64,000 nucleotides of DNA from Octopus vulgaris (Eukaryota), in the NCBI GenBank assembly GCA_951406725.2, contig OX597818.1, positions 23,126,001 to 23,190,000 of the forward strand, written 5' to 3'. The translations under genes were made by a program, and so were the position numbers. The notes beneath the pieces are model-generated. The model had not been told where the DNA came from. It was given only the letters and a program-made list of their open reading frames with translations, and made no database searches. Within the stretch, counting starts at the first letter, position 1, and each line of letters starts with the position of its first letter. This document shows positions 12,790 to 23,938 of the stretch, piece after piece.

Positions 12790-13986
12790 TGAGGTGCTGT
12801 AGGCCATCCAACATACCACAGCTTCCCTACAGAACAGGTTTATGGTGAGTGATTACTATTGTTGCCATTCTTTCAAAATTACCTGTTTTTCTTAAATCTT
12901 TTTTTTTATATTTTGTCTGCTATAGTTTCTCAATCTCCTTGCAGATGGCTTGAGTTTTGGCATCACTGCACCCACTGCTTTACATATGAACGAAAAAGGA
13001 CTTTTATACCTGTGAATGGTTAACAATCCTTTTCAGGGCTATTGTGAGAATGATAACATGGCCCTTGTCCATGGCTTTTCACCCTATTGTTACTACTTTA
13101 TTTATGGTCTATGGGAAAAATCACTTCTTCCTCAATGTCAATGTTTGCAACTTAACACAAAAAATATTCAAAGAGATGTACAACAACAAAAAAAAAAAAA
13201 TGGGAGAGCCTATTAAGCAACGCCGGGTACTCCTGCTAGTGTCATACTAAAATTTGAAACTTTAAGAATCTATTACACAGCTTCTTCTTCTTCTTCTTCT
13301 CCTCCTCTACCTCCTCTTCCTCTTTCTTTCACCCCCCCATTCCCCTTCTCCCCTTCCCCCCTCCTTACATTAATTTGTATGCATGTGTGTGTGTGGTGTA
13401 GGTTTCAGGCAGAGACTGTCTAAGACAACATTTATCTATTGTGTCATTTTTTTTTTTGAGATTTGACTGCTTTTTCTTGCAGTTTGAATGATCATGTAGA
13501 AATTCACTCTCGTTAAAAACTATCTCTATGTAAAAATTCCCTTCTCTTATATAACAAGTATAACAAAGAAACTTTCATTTTTTTTTAAAGCAACATTTAT
13601 CTATTCTGTCATCTTTTAAAGCAATGGTTTTAGTGAGATTTGACTGCTATTTCTTGCAGTTTGAATGATCATGTAGAAATTCACTAATTGTTAAACAATC
13701 ATTATGTAAAAATTCCATTTTCTAATTCTATACATCAAAGAAACTTTCAATGAATAATTGCTCATCCGACACACAGCTTTTGCTAATAAATTACACATGA
13801 AAGAGATATTGTCTTCTGATGGGTGACAATTGTGACTAAGATCTAACTTACAATTCCATTACATTTCCGAATCATACCAGCATAGGATAATGAGGAAAAT
13901 GAATATATGTCACATTTGCCACTAAAAATCTCTTGAAAATTACTGGAGCATTACATTACAATGAAATTGAGTTTAACCAACAGCTG
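12790..13986 (+). repeat. Duplicated copy of 9627-10795, flanked by a ~168-bp direct repeat (12626-12793 / 13981-14153)
   Basis: Direct comparison; junction microhomologies TGAG and CAGCTG. Confidence 0.92.
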
Positions 13987-14120
13987 AAGATTGCTCTATA
14001 TTTTAAATTGATGTAATGAAATGATTGCATTGTACAATTAAATGGAGTCGCATGAAAGGATCGCACTGCATTACCTTTGGATATCCTTGTTGCTTATTTT
14101 GATATATATATAAATATATA

Positions 14121-14489
14121 TGTGCCAGTGACACGTAAAAAGCACCATTTGAGCATGATCATTACCAGCGTCGCCTTACTGGCACGTGAAAAAACATTCG
14201 AGCGAGGTCGTTGCCAGTGCTGCTGGACTGACTCCTGTGCAGGTGGCACATAAAAGACACCATTTCGAGCGTGACTATTGCCAGTAGTCCCAGAGTGACT
14301 CTCGTGCCGGTGGCACGTAAAAGCACCCACTACACTCTCAGAGTAGTTGGCATTAGGAAGGGCATCCAGCTGTAGAAACTCTGCCAGATCAGATTGGAGC
14401 CTGGCGCAGCCATCTGATTTGCCAGTCCTCAGTTAAATTGTCCAACCCATGCTAGCATGGAAAGCAGACGTTAAATGATGATGATGATG

Positions 14490-14491
<2 letters not shown>
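14121..14491 (+). mobile_element. SINE 3' portion with (GAT)n tail
   Basis: Same family as 796-1110. Confidence 0.75.
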
Positions 14492-14540
<49 letters not shown>

Positions 14541-15462
14541 TACACACACATATATATTATGATAAGTAGAAAAATATATATATATATATATACATACACA
14601 CACATATGCATGGCCAAGTGGTTAGGATATTGCATGTGAGGTTGCATGGCTTAGTGGTTAGGGTGTAGCACACATGATCTAGTGATCGTGATTTCGTTGA
14701 CCAGGTGTTGCATTGTATTCTTGAGCAAAACACTTCATCTCACATTGCCCTATAATCACTTCAACACTTGACATGTGGTACACTGTGTACCTCTTCAGAC
14801 AATCTTGATTTGATGGATGGAGTGAACTAATGTGCACCACAAACATTTGATTACTATAAACAAATCATTTGTGCAAGTCTTTAGGCAAAAGCCGTGTTCA
14901 TATGTCATCTTTGACAGGAAAGTCTCTCATACACACACACTACACACACACACACTCACACACACACACATGTACACACACACACATGCACACATATATG
15001 GCTTCTTTCATTTTTATCTACCAGATATACTTACAAGGCTTTGCTCAATACACAAAAGAACCTTGAGTATGGTTTCAGAAGTATGATAAACTAGTTCTTT
15101 TATTTTTTTCCTCATTTATTCAGCCATTTGACTGTGGTCATGCTGGAGCACCACCATAAAGGATTTTTAGTCAAACAAATCAACCCCAGGACTTATTCTT
15201 TGTAAGCCTAATACTTATTCTATCTATTAACATTGGTTGTCAAGTGATGGTGGGTGATGGGACATAGACACACACACACACACACATAAATACATATATA
15301 TGTGATGGGCTTTTTTCAGTTTCCGTCTACCAAATTCACCCACAAGGCTTTGGTCAGCCCAAATCTATAGTAAAAGACACTTGGCCAAGGTTCCACACAG
15401 TGGGACTGAACCCAGAGTAATATGGTTTGGAAGCAAGCTTCTTACCACACAGCCACACCTGT

Positions 15463-17666
15463 TATATAAATGCTTACAAAAATATAAAAAGAAAACATTT
15501 TCAGTCAAAACATGCTTGGTCTGATGAAATATGTTACAATTTTATCAAAACCCTCCTTTTAGAAAAATCACAATCGACTAATATAATTACAATTGATAAG
15601 GTATAATTTTAAAATGAACTGTTATCATAATATTGTACTTTTAAAAAATAAAATTTGTTAATAACAATATATATATCTTATCTGCCTGAATTACATAGTA
15701 AAATAAAGTACTTTTTATCAAATATGATAACATGACCTGCATTTTACAAAATGTTATCAAAAGTAATCTTTCAATACAAGTAGTGTGGATTGTTTTTAAA
15801 ATCAGCTCCAAATAAAAAAGAAAATGGTAATAGCAATCATTAGATCAATTTTATTTAATTTACTATATCTTATCTTTTTCTTTATACTTGTTCTAGTCAT
15901 TGGACTATGGCCATCCTGGGGCAACACTTTGACGGGTTTAGTCAAACAAATCAACTTCAGTACTAACTTTTTAAAGTCATGTACTTAACCCCTCAGTCTC
16001 TTTTGCTGAACTGCTAAGTTGCAGTGATTCAAACAACCCAGCACTAGTTGTTTGCAATGGTGGGAACAAGCACAAACCCAAAGGCATACTTACATCCATA
16101 TATGTACAATGGGCTTCCACACAGTTTCTGTCTACCAATCCATCACAAGGCATTGATCAGGCCACAGCTATCATAGAAGACACTTGCTCTTTGCCATCTT
16201 CTATTTTCATTTATACTTCCAAAGTCATTTTGCAATAGGAGCTTAGTAAACATCTCGCTCACGTTTTCCTTCCCATAACTACTTTTCTCTAGAATCCACA
16301 GGAATTCAAAATGAACTACACAAGCTTCATCTAATTGTACTTTCCCCCAAACTGTATAAATCAAAGAATTTTTCACCATGGCTTTCTTTTCCTCACATTT
16401 ATAATACCATTTTCATTATTCCAGTTGCCAACAAGATGGTGAGCTGGCAGAATTTGTTAGCATATGGGACAAAAATGCTAAGAAGCATTCTTCTGATTTT
16501 CACAACCAGAAAAATGGAATTTTGGGGTATTATTTATTCTCCATAACATATATTTCATTTGCTAATAGGAACGACAATGATCTATGTGTTAGATAGACAT
16601 GTAAGAAATTTTATATTAGAAAATCTTCAGACCTGTCTGTAAATCTTTATTGTACATACATACTTACATACATACTCTTTTACTTGTTTCAGTCATTTGA
16701 CTGTAGCCATGCTGGAGCACCACCTTTAGTTGAGCAAATCGACCCCAGGATTATTCTTGGTAAGCCTAGTACTTATTCTATCGGTCTATTTTGTTGAAAA
16801 CGTAACTTGTCGTTAATTGCTCGAAATACGAAGTAGAAAAACAGCCGGCAACTGATGAAGGGTAGTTTTTTATGTTGCTTGTCTTGTTTTCCATTTGTTT
16901 ATTTCGTTGTTCGCAAAAAAAGGTTCGTATTTCATGTTGTTTATGTTTTGTGGTGTCCTGTGCCCATATATTCATGTGTGTATTCATATATATATGTATG
17001 TGTGGAAGCCCATTGTACATATATGGATGTAAGTATGCCTTTGGGTTTGTGCTTGTTCCCACCATTGCAAACAACTAGTGCTGGGTTGTTTGAATCACTG
17101 TAACTTAGCAGTTCAGCAAAAGAGACCGATGGGTTAAGTACATGACTTTAAAAAATAAGTACTGAAGTTGATTTGTTTGACTAAACCCGTCAAAGTGGTG
17201 CCCAAGGATGGCCATAGTCCAATGACTAGAACAAGTATAAAGAAAAAGATAAGATATAGTAAATTAAATAAAATTGATCTAATGATTGCTATTACCATTT
17301 TCTTTTTTATTTGGAGCTGATTTTAAAAACAATCCACACTACTTCTCGTATTGAAAGATCGCTTTTGATAACATTTTGTAAAATGCAGGTCATGTTATCA
17401 TATTTGATAAAAAATACTTTATTTTACTATGTAATTCAGGCTGATAAGATATATATTGTTATTAACAAATTTTATTTTTTAAAAGTACAATATTATGATA
17501 ACAGTTCATTTTAAAATTATACCTTATCAATTGTAATTATATTAGACGATTGTGATTTTTCTAAAAGGAGGGTTTTGATAAAATTGTAACATATTTCATC
17601 GGACTGAACCCAAGCATGTTTTGACTGAAAATGTTTTCTTTTTATATTTTTGTAAGTATTCATATA
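15463..17666. repeat. Inverted duplication, ~660-bp arms (15463-16123 and 16999-17666)
   Basis: Arms are reverse complements with scattered substitutions and one small indel. Confidence 0.95.
16801..16867 (+). ncRNA. Hammerhead-like ribozyme, non-circularly permuted, copy A (U16.1 mutated)
   Basis: CGUA(A)C-UUGUCG ... UUGCUC-GAA-AUACG ... CGGCAA-CUGAUGA-A-GGGUAG. Stem I UUGUCG/CGGCAA, stem II GGGUAG/UUGCUC, stem III CGUA/UACG. Confidence 0.6.
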
Positions 17667-17676
17667 TATATATATA

Positions 17677-18440
17677 TGGAAATAGAACTACTCAAGCTGA
17701 GAGCTAAGACGAATGAAGAAAAAGTAAAAACCATAGACGAGGAAATCAACGAAGAAGTCATCAAACTAATAGACGACATCAATACTGAAATATTACCAGC
17801 ACTATGGAATGAAGAATGTAATAAAGAGGAACTTAAGTCCCTCCAACGATGGGAAAAGAGCGCCATCTGGTTTTTAGATTATGAAACCAACTTCAAAAAT
17901 GAACACATATCCAACAACCCCTTCATAAAATTAAGTAAATCAAAACCAAATACCAACAGAACGGAACAACCACCAAGAAATCCTAACACACTCTACACCA
18001 GAAAAGTACACCTAAAACACACCCCACACTACCTACACCAACCCCAAAACACATACAGAGCCTCACCACACCAGTTCGAAAATAGACATACCAACAGAGC
18101 AGAACAACCACCAAGAAATCCAAACACACTCTACACCAGTAAAATACATTTAAAACGCACCCCACACTACCTACACCAACCCCAAAACACTTACAGGGTC
18201 CCACCACACCATTCCACGAACCCAAGAGCCACAACATACAATACTATAAAATACAATCGACATAACCAAACCAAAACGCTACTACCAAACATCCACCCCA
18301 GGAACCTTTTTGATAAGGTTCATTTCAGGAACTGAAACATGTTATAATGTATATATAAAAATTAAAAATTGTATAATATAGCAGCATTTTCGAACTTCAT
18401 TTTTTACAAATATATACCTACTCGTATACGAGCTAATCCT
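17677..18440 (+). mobile_element. Penelope-like element fragment: ORF piece with a 120-bp tandem duplication, joined to a PLE 3' terminus
   Basis: 18306-18415 is near-identical to 23426-23535, the end of the GIY-YIG element. The ORF repeats TNRTEQPPRNPNTLYT...HQPQNTYR twice. Flanked by (TA)n. Confidence 0.65.
18306..18360 (+). ncRNA. Short-stem-III type I hammerhead (U3:A8 variant), stem I 5' strand truncated
   Basis: UUGAUAA-GGUUC-auuucag-GAACU-GAA-ACAUGU-U. Confidence 0.55.
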
Positions 18441-18447
18441 ATTATAA

Positions 18448-18531
<84 letters not shown>

Positions 18532-18635
18532 TATGTAGGTATGTATGTATATTTATTTATTATTTATACATATATATACGTGTATAATGTATATATACAC
18601 ATGTGTATGTGTCCATGCATACACACACACATGTA

Positions 18636-18851
18636 CGGGGGCGCTGAAAAGTTCTTGGCTTTGGGTAAAAGAAAATACAGGAGGTTCAGTTAATTATGAT
18701 TTCATTTAACATATTTCCATCTCAGATTCAAACACTTATTGCAGCAATCTTTCATTTTTTCTAAGCCCTGTAAAAGAACTCGGAAGGTTGGGTCTCCAGT
18801 CATGGCTTTCGTGTATACCCTTAAGCCCAGGTACTTTTTTGCACCCCTTCA
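18636..18851. mobile_element. Mariner-type MITE (related pieces at ~4305-4500, ~11696-11765, ~34712-34928)
   Basis: TIR CGGGGGCGCTGAAAAGTTCTTGGCTT / AAGCCCAGGTACTTTTTTGCACCCCTTCA, with TA flanks. Confidence 0.75.
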
Positions 18852-18974
18852 TATATATATGGATGTGTTTTCGTTTCTGGTTAAAATCAGTTTGACGATA
18901 TAGAGTGTTGTTTGTAGAAAATATGAATTGATCTTGCAAAAAGCTAAAATTATTCATCTAACATGATATGAATA

Positions 18975-19751
18975 TGTAGTGAATCTTGCATGCATGAAGT
19001 GGATTCGATCCACCACAGCCAAATTTAAATTAACACAGCTACAGAACTTTTCCCACGATGGAACAATGGTTTTTCTCTTGCGGCAGTTTTACATCTTCCA
19101 GATACCTTTAGCTAGGCCGAAATAATGTCTTCACCACTTGACCCTTTCTAACCTCTTCTACTTCACCAAAAGGTAGAATAGATAACAAGACCACCAACTA
19201 AATCTATTGTTCTCAATGATATATGTATCCTTCTAGATAGTTATATAAACCAGCACATCCCAAGCAAAAATCAGTTTTAGTCACCAGCCAGTGACGACGA
19301 CTCAACCAAGTTCGTCACAGTCGTGACAAACTCGTGATTTGAGAGAGCTAACACCAGTTGGTGAACTGACCACTAGAATCATGGAAGCAGGCAGACAAAA
19401 CGGCCAGAGGGAAAAGAAAGACAATGTCCCACACACTCTCACTAGCCCCAATTCTGTTCTCTCACAACATCATTCTATCTGTCTCAGCAATTACTCCTAA
19501 ACAATGAAGAGAACTCAAACTTTACTTCGCAACCTGCCTGTCGAAGCAAGGTATTGTAACGTAACGGTAAATAAACTCTTCCTTAAAACTTCATGCATTG
19601 TTCATCTTTCACATTCTACAACCTGCAATTATAATAACACATTTCTATCGTCACAACTGCTGACCATAACATCATCATAATAATGTTTACCAATCAAATT
19701 TCACACGTTACAATTGGTAACCATACCAAAATCAAAATAAAACCCGTTACA
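18975..19751 (+). mobile_element. Solo LTR, Gypsy-type family 1
   Basis: TGTAGT...GTTACA termini, 4-bp TSD AATA, TATA-like TATATAAA and AATAAA; four homologues elsewhere in the window. Confidence 0.88.
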
Positions 19752-20395
19752 AATAAATATCTACATTAGGTTAGCAAGCACCGTACTTAAAGCAGTAAAC
19801 TATCAACAAGTGTAGTAACCACTTACAGCTAAGTAGGTGAGACTCTTAAAAGGTAAGTGTTTTGGTTGTCATTACATTGTAACAATAGTGACATAAACTA
19901 GTAATTTTTTGGCTGAATATCTAGTATCACATAAACTTAACTGATAACAGGTCTGTCACGTGTTCAAATATTATTAATAATTCATGCATAGATACATACA
20001 GAGTTGACATGAACTCTTGTATGTTATCATGAGTTTTTTGCAGACATTAAGGAAGGAATGGAGTAGAAAGTAAAATAGGCTACAACCCAGCACCGAAATG
20101 GAATCGAAATAATTTTTTTCTTAGACACGAGGATGCTGATTTACAGGGATGGGACAGTGGGATTATATATCGTCATCACTATCCTCCTCATCATCATCTT
20201 CATTGTCACCATCATCATCATTGTTATCATCGTCATCATTTTATGCCTGCCTTCCACGTGGGCATCAGTTGGATAGTTCATCAAGATTCAGCATTTTAGA
20301 GGGTCATATTATGCTCCAGCACCTCAATGTTGGCATAGTCTCTATGACTGGGTAGCCTTTCATTGTGTATGTATGTGTGTGTGTTGATATATATA

Positions 20396-21307
20396 TATAA
20401 TAACAAAATAATAAATAAAACATATGCATATATACATACATATATGTACGTACCTACATCTATATGTATATATACATGCATATATAGGTACAGGACACAA
20501 AAAAAAAAAACGTCGAACACAATGAGAAACGAAAACAAAAACAGAACTATGGGAACGGACATTTTTTTAAACAACGTAAAAACAGGGTACAAGACATACA
20601 ACACAAGGAAAATTCCCCTTCTTCAGCCGCACCGTTTCATCTACTCCGTGTTTCGAAGGTAAAGGCGAGACACGACTTCAGTGAAGCGGTCCTTCCCGCA
20701 AATCAAATTAAATAAAATTTGAGATTTTTTGCGGAGGGGTAAAAGTGGTAACAAAAACAGGACAGTAGAAACAATATAAGACAGTAAAAATACAAATAAA
20801 AATAAAAACAGTAAACGACAGGACAAGTAGAATAACAGTAATACGAACGTTAGGGGCTGTTAAGCCGAACGAAAGAAAAATGTTTTGAACGCATGAGAAC
20901 AACGGCATAAGAAAGGGATAGGATGCCGTCTATACTTGTTGAAGGCTGTGGTCAAAAAGACAGAAGGACTCTGGTCACATGTCAGCGACGAGAGAGAGGA
21001 GGAGGAGGAGGAGGAGTAAGAGAAAGGGAACGGTAAAAGCGAGAGAATAGTAGAGAAAACCAGAAAGAATGAAGAATGAGCGAGAGGGGGACAGTAAGGT
21101 TAGAAAAATAGAGACAGTAAGGTTAAGAGTGCGCATCATAATTATTAAGATAAAACTTACTTGGAAGAGGATGCGTGGTGTTTCATCATATAATAACAAA
21201 ATAATAAATGAAACATATGCATATGTACATACATATATGTACGTACCTACATCTATATGTATATATACATGCATATATAGGTACAGGACACCCCAAAAAC
21301 GTCGAAC

Positions 21308-21312
<5 letters not shown>
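20396..21312 (-). mobile_element. Non-coding PLE-type terminal element with partial tandem repeat (20396-20523 repeated at 21189-21312)
   Basis: Tail shared with 16798-16998, 24283-24602 and 30900-31505. Inserted in (TA)n. Contains a hammerhead motif and a CAA|GTAAGT donor-like site (minus strand, 21160). Confidence 0.6.
20615..20690 (-). ncRNA. Hammerhead-like ribozyme, non-circularly permuted, copy B (intact core)
   Basis: CGUGU-C-UCGC-cuuuac-CUUC-GAA-ACACG-(16 nt)-GCGG-CUGAAGA-A-GGGG; predicted cleavage after GUC at 20669. Confidence 0.7.
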
Positions 21313-21374
<62 letters not shown>

Positions 21375-21492
21375 ATTATTATTAATTTAATGTATTAATT
21401 GCCTATAAATTTTTATAGCATGCTGACTAGATAAAAATCATTAACGTGATTTTCATCCTTACATTCTTTTATCTTTTATGTATTGATAAATA

Positions 21493-21587
<95 letters not shown>

Positions 21588-21637
21588 GAAATACCTGTAC
21601 AACATCTCCAAACCTTCCAATATATATATATATATAT

Positions 21638-21703
<66 letters not shown>

Positions 21704-21715
21704 CGACACACTAGA

Positions 21716-22546
21716 ATGAATGTCCCTTTTTGTTTAGCTAGAAGGATTTGCACCATAATATCAGACACAAACACCCGACACACACGTCTCCAGGAACTTA
21801 GAACCACACTCACAAATAGAAACTATCCACAGCCCCTAATAGACAGTGCAATCCAACGGGTACTTAAATTAAGTATAGAAGACCTGAGACAAACAAAACC
21901 AAAAAAGAAAGAACAATTAAAAACCCTTCCCTACATCTCTACACACAACCCACTCAACAATGAGGCCTTCAACACCATACTACAAAGCACAGCCCTACTA
22001 AAGGGAGACCCAAAGATGAACCGGATCCTCGAAACACACACGATCATTAAAAGTAAACGGCAACCAAAATCCTTGAAAAGGATTTTAACCCAAGCTACAC
22101 TGCACTCAACATCAACCACAAAACCAGCAGTTAGAAAATGTGGAAGGCCCAACTGCGGAATCTGTGTCATCTTGAAAGAAGGATCAGAATTTATACTGGA
22201 ACAAGGCCACCAGTTCACCATTAGAACAAACTTCACCTGCGCATCAGAAAACTTAATTTACGTCATAACATGCGCAGGCTGCAATAGGCAGTATATAGGC
22301 CATACAAAAAATAGCTTACGTAACAGGATGGCGGTGCATAAATCACAAATTAGAAACCCTGATTACCGCAAAATACCGGTCAGCGGACACATAGATAGAT
22401 GTGCTGGAAATGTAAATCCGAAATTTACAACCAACCCGCTCTATAAATTCAGTGACAACGCAACCTTCACACAACGCCAAAATAAAGAACTATATTTCAT
22501 AAAAAAATTTAGACCAAGTTTAAACACCCTGGGCCAGGAATACTAA
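21716..22546 (+). CDS. Penelope-like retroelement ORF, 5'-truncated: end of the RT thumb, Cys linker and GIY-YIG endonuclease
   Basis: LARRICTI...L.NRNYPQ (PLE RT C-terminus); CGRPNCGIC; NLIYVITC..C..QYIGHT...LRNRMAVH (GIY-YIG); ELYFIKKF.PSLN. Confidence 0.92.
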   Translation: MNVPFCLARRICTIISDTNTRHTRLQELRTTLTNRNYPQPLIDSAIQRVLKLSIEDLRQTKPKKKEQLKTLPYISTHNPLNNEAFNTILQSTALLKGDPKMNRILETHTIIKSKRQPKSLKRILTQATLHSTSTTKPAVRKCGRPNCGICVILKEGSEFILEQGHQFTIRTNFTCASENLIYVITCAGCNRQYIGHTKNSLRNRMAVHKSQIRNPDYRKIPVSGHIDRCAGNVNPKFTTNPLYKFSDNATFTQRQNKELYFIKKFRPSLNTLGQEY

Positions 22547-22714
22547 AACAAAAGATAAGTCCTCCGAAAAGGAGAACCAAATTTCACCACGGCCGCTACT
22601 TCAAACAGACACTCACTCTGACGGAAATATGCCTTAGTAAAAAAAGGGAAAAAAATTCTTTCGTGCAAATCTGACCCTGATACATACGATACAGCTAAGG
22701 GTCAGACCCGATTC

Positions 22715-23090
22715 TGATTGGTCAACAAGTTGATGACGTCTAGCTCTGCTAGAATGGACAGGATACAAACAGGGGACAGTCATTAGTCAGAATATTGATG
22801 ACGTCCTTTTCTGCTTGAATAGTCACCTAACAAGTACAGACAGGGGACAGATCTAATGTAGCTATAAGTCGTGATTGGGCAGAATCTGAATGACATCCCG
22901 CTATGCTTGACTAACGAAGCGACTGGTCAAGACAGGAAACAAACAAGAGGGAGTTATAATGCACCGATTGGTCAAAATAATGATGACGTCCCGTTCCACT
23001 TGATTAAAGCCAACTAACGAAACGATTGGTCAAAACATTGATGACGTCACGCTACGCTAGATTGACCACCTAACAGGCATTATAAAACCA
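22715..23090 (+). promoter_or_regulatory. Array of five ATTGG-N12-TGACGTC modules followed by a TATA box
   Basis: Modules at ~22717, 22782, 22874, 22967 and 23025 (two carry one mismatch); TATAAAA at ~23082. Confidence 0.55.
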
Positions 23091-23409
23091 AGCATTTCAC
23101 AAAAAATCACTAGAACCACCCAGCGAACTTCCACCATGGGTCATCACAATTGCTTAAGGTAAAAATGAATTCCTCGCTCTTTCGGAAACATCAATCTTCT
23201 GTATTGACCGCTTTCCACCACTTTGATCTGTTTTTTGTATTGAATACGTATCGCCACCGTGGGCCACTGCATCGAACACTTTGAAATATACTTCAAACTA
23301 TATATCAACTATACATGAACTATATATCAACTATACATGAACTCTAAGATGTCTGACTCCGTTGTGTATTATAAATGAATTTCTTGTGTTTGACGGCATG
23401 AGCTGTCTC

Positions 23410-23480
23410 TTTTTATATATAACTTTTTTTGATAAGGTTCATTTCAGTAACTGAAACATGTTATAATGTATATATAAAAA
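23410..23480 (+). ncRNA. Short-stem-III type I hammerhead ribozyme (U3:A8 variant)
   Basis: Stem I UUUUUAUAUAUAACUUUUU / AUAAUGUAUAUAUAAAAA (two U-U mismatches, one bulge); core UUGAUAA; stem II GGUU/AACU; GAA; palindromic ACAUGU; predicted cleavage after 23462. Confidence 0.62.
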
Positions 23481-23569
23481 TTAAAAATTGTATAATACAG
23501 CAGCATTTTCGAACTTCATTTTTTACAAATATATATATATATATATATATACATATATACATATATATC

Positions 23570-23845
23570 GTCTGTCGTTAGATGACGTATGAAAGTTCGG
23601 CAATTTCTTGCCAAACAACCACACAGATGATTTGTTTGTAGTAATCAAATGTTTGTGTTCCCATAAGCTCACTTCCTCCTGTACAGGAGGACCATGTGCC
23701 GCATGTCAGATGACGAAATGATCACAAAGCAATCTGAAATGCAATGTTTTGCTCAAGAACGCAACGCAACACACGGTCAGGGAATCGAAATCACGATCTC
23801 GCAATCGTGAGTTCAACACCCTATTCGCTAAGCTATGTACCTCCA
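23570..23845 (-). mobile_element. tRNA-derived SINE, older family (relatives at ~14608-14915 and ~58085-58370)
   Basis: A/B-box-like head (GATTTCGATTCC) and CTTGAGCAAAACAYTTCATTTCA body shared among copies. Confidence 0.6.
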
Positions 23846-23852
23846 CATTATG

Positions 23853-23938
<86 letters not shown>

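Larger units (their letters stand above)
22547..23535 (+). mobile_element. PLE 3' terminal region (pseudo-LTR)
   Basis: Follows the GIY-YIG stop codon and ends in (TA)n; contains a promoter-like array, an ATG with a splice donor, and a hammerhead. Confidence 0.75.

Noticed and set aside
15519-15535. Isolated CTGATGA/CTGAAGA hits (also ~9557, 12629, 25751, 28494, 34694)
   Set aside because: No compatible GAAA, NUH and helices nearby
20631-20690. Reading the motif as an ordinary type I or type II hammerhead (CUGAAGU...GAAAC-acgga-GUA)
   Set aside because: The type I reading has A9U, no stem II and is not kept in copies A and D. The type II reading has no stem I after the GUA. Only the permuted reading keeps stem I and the core in all four copies.
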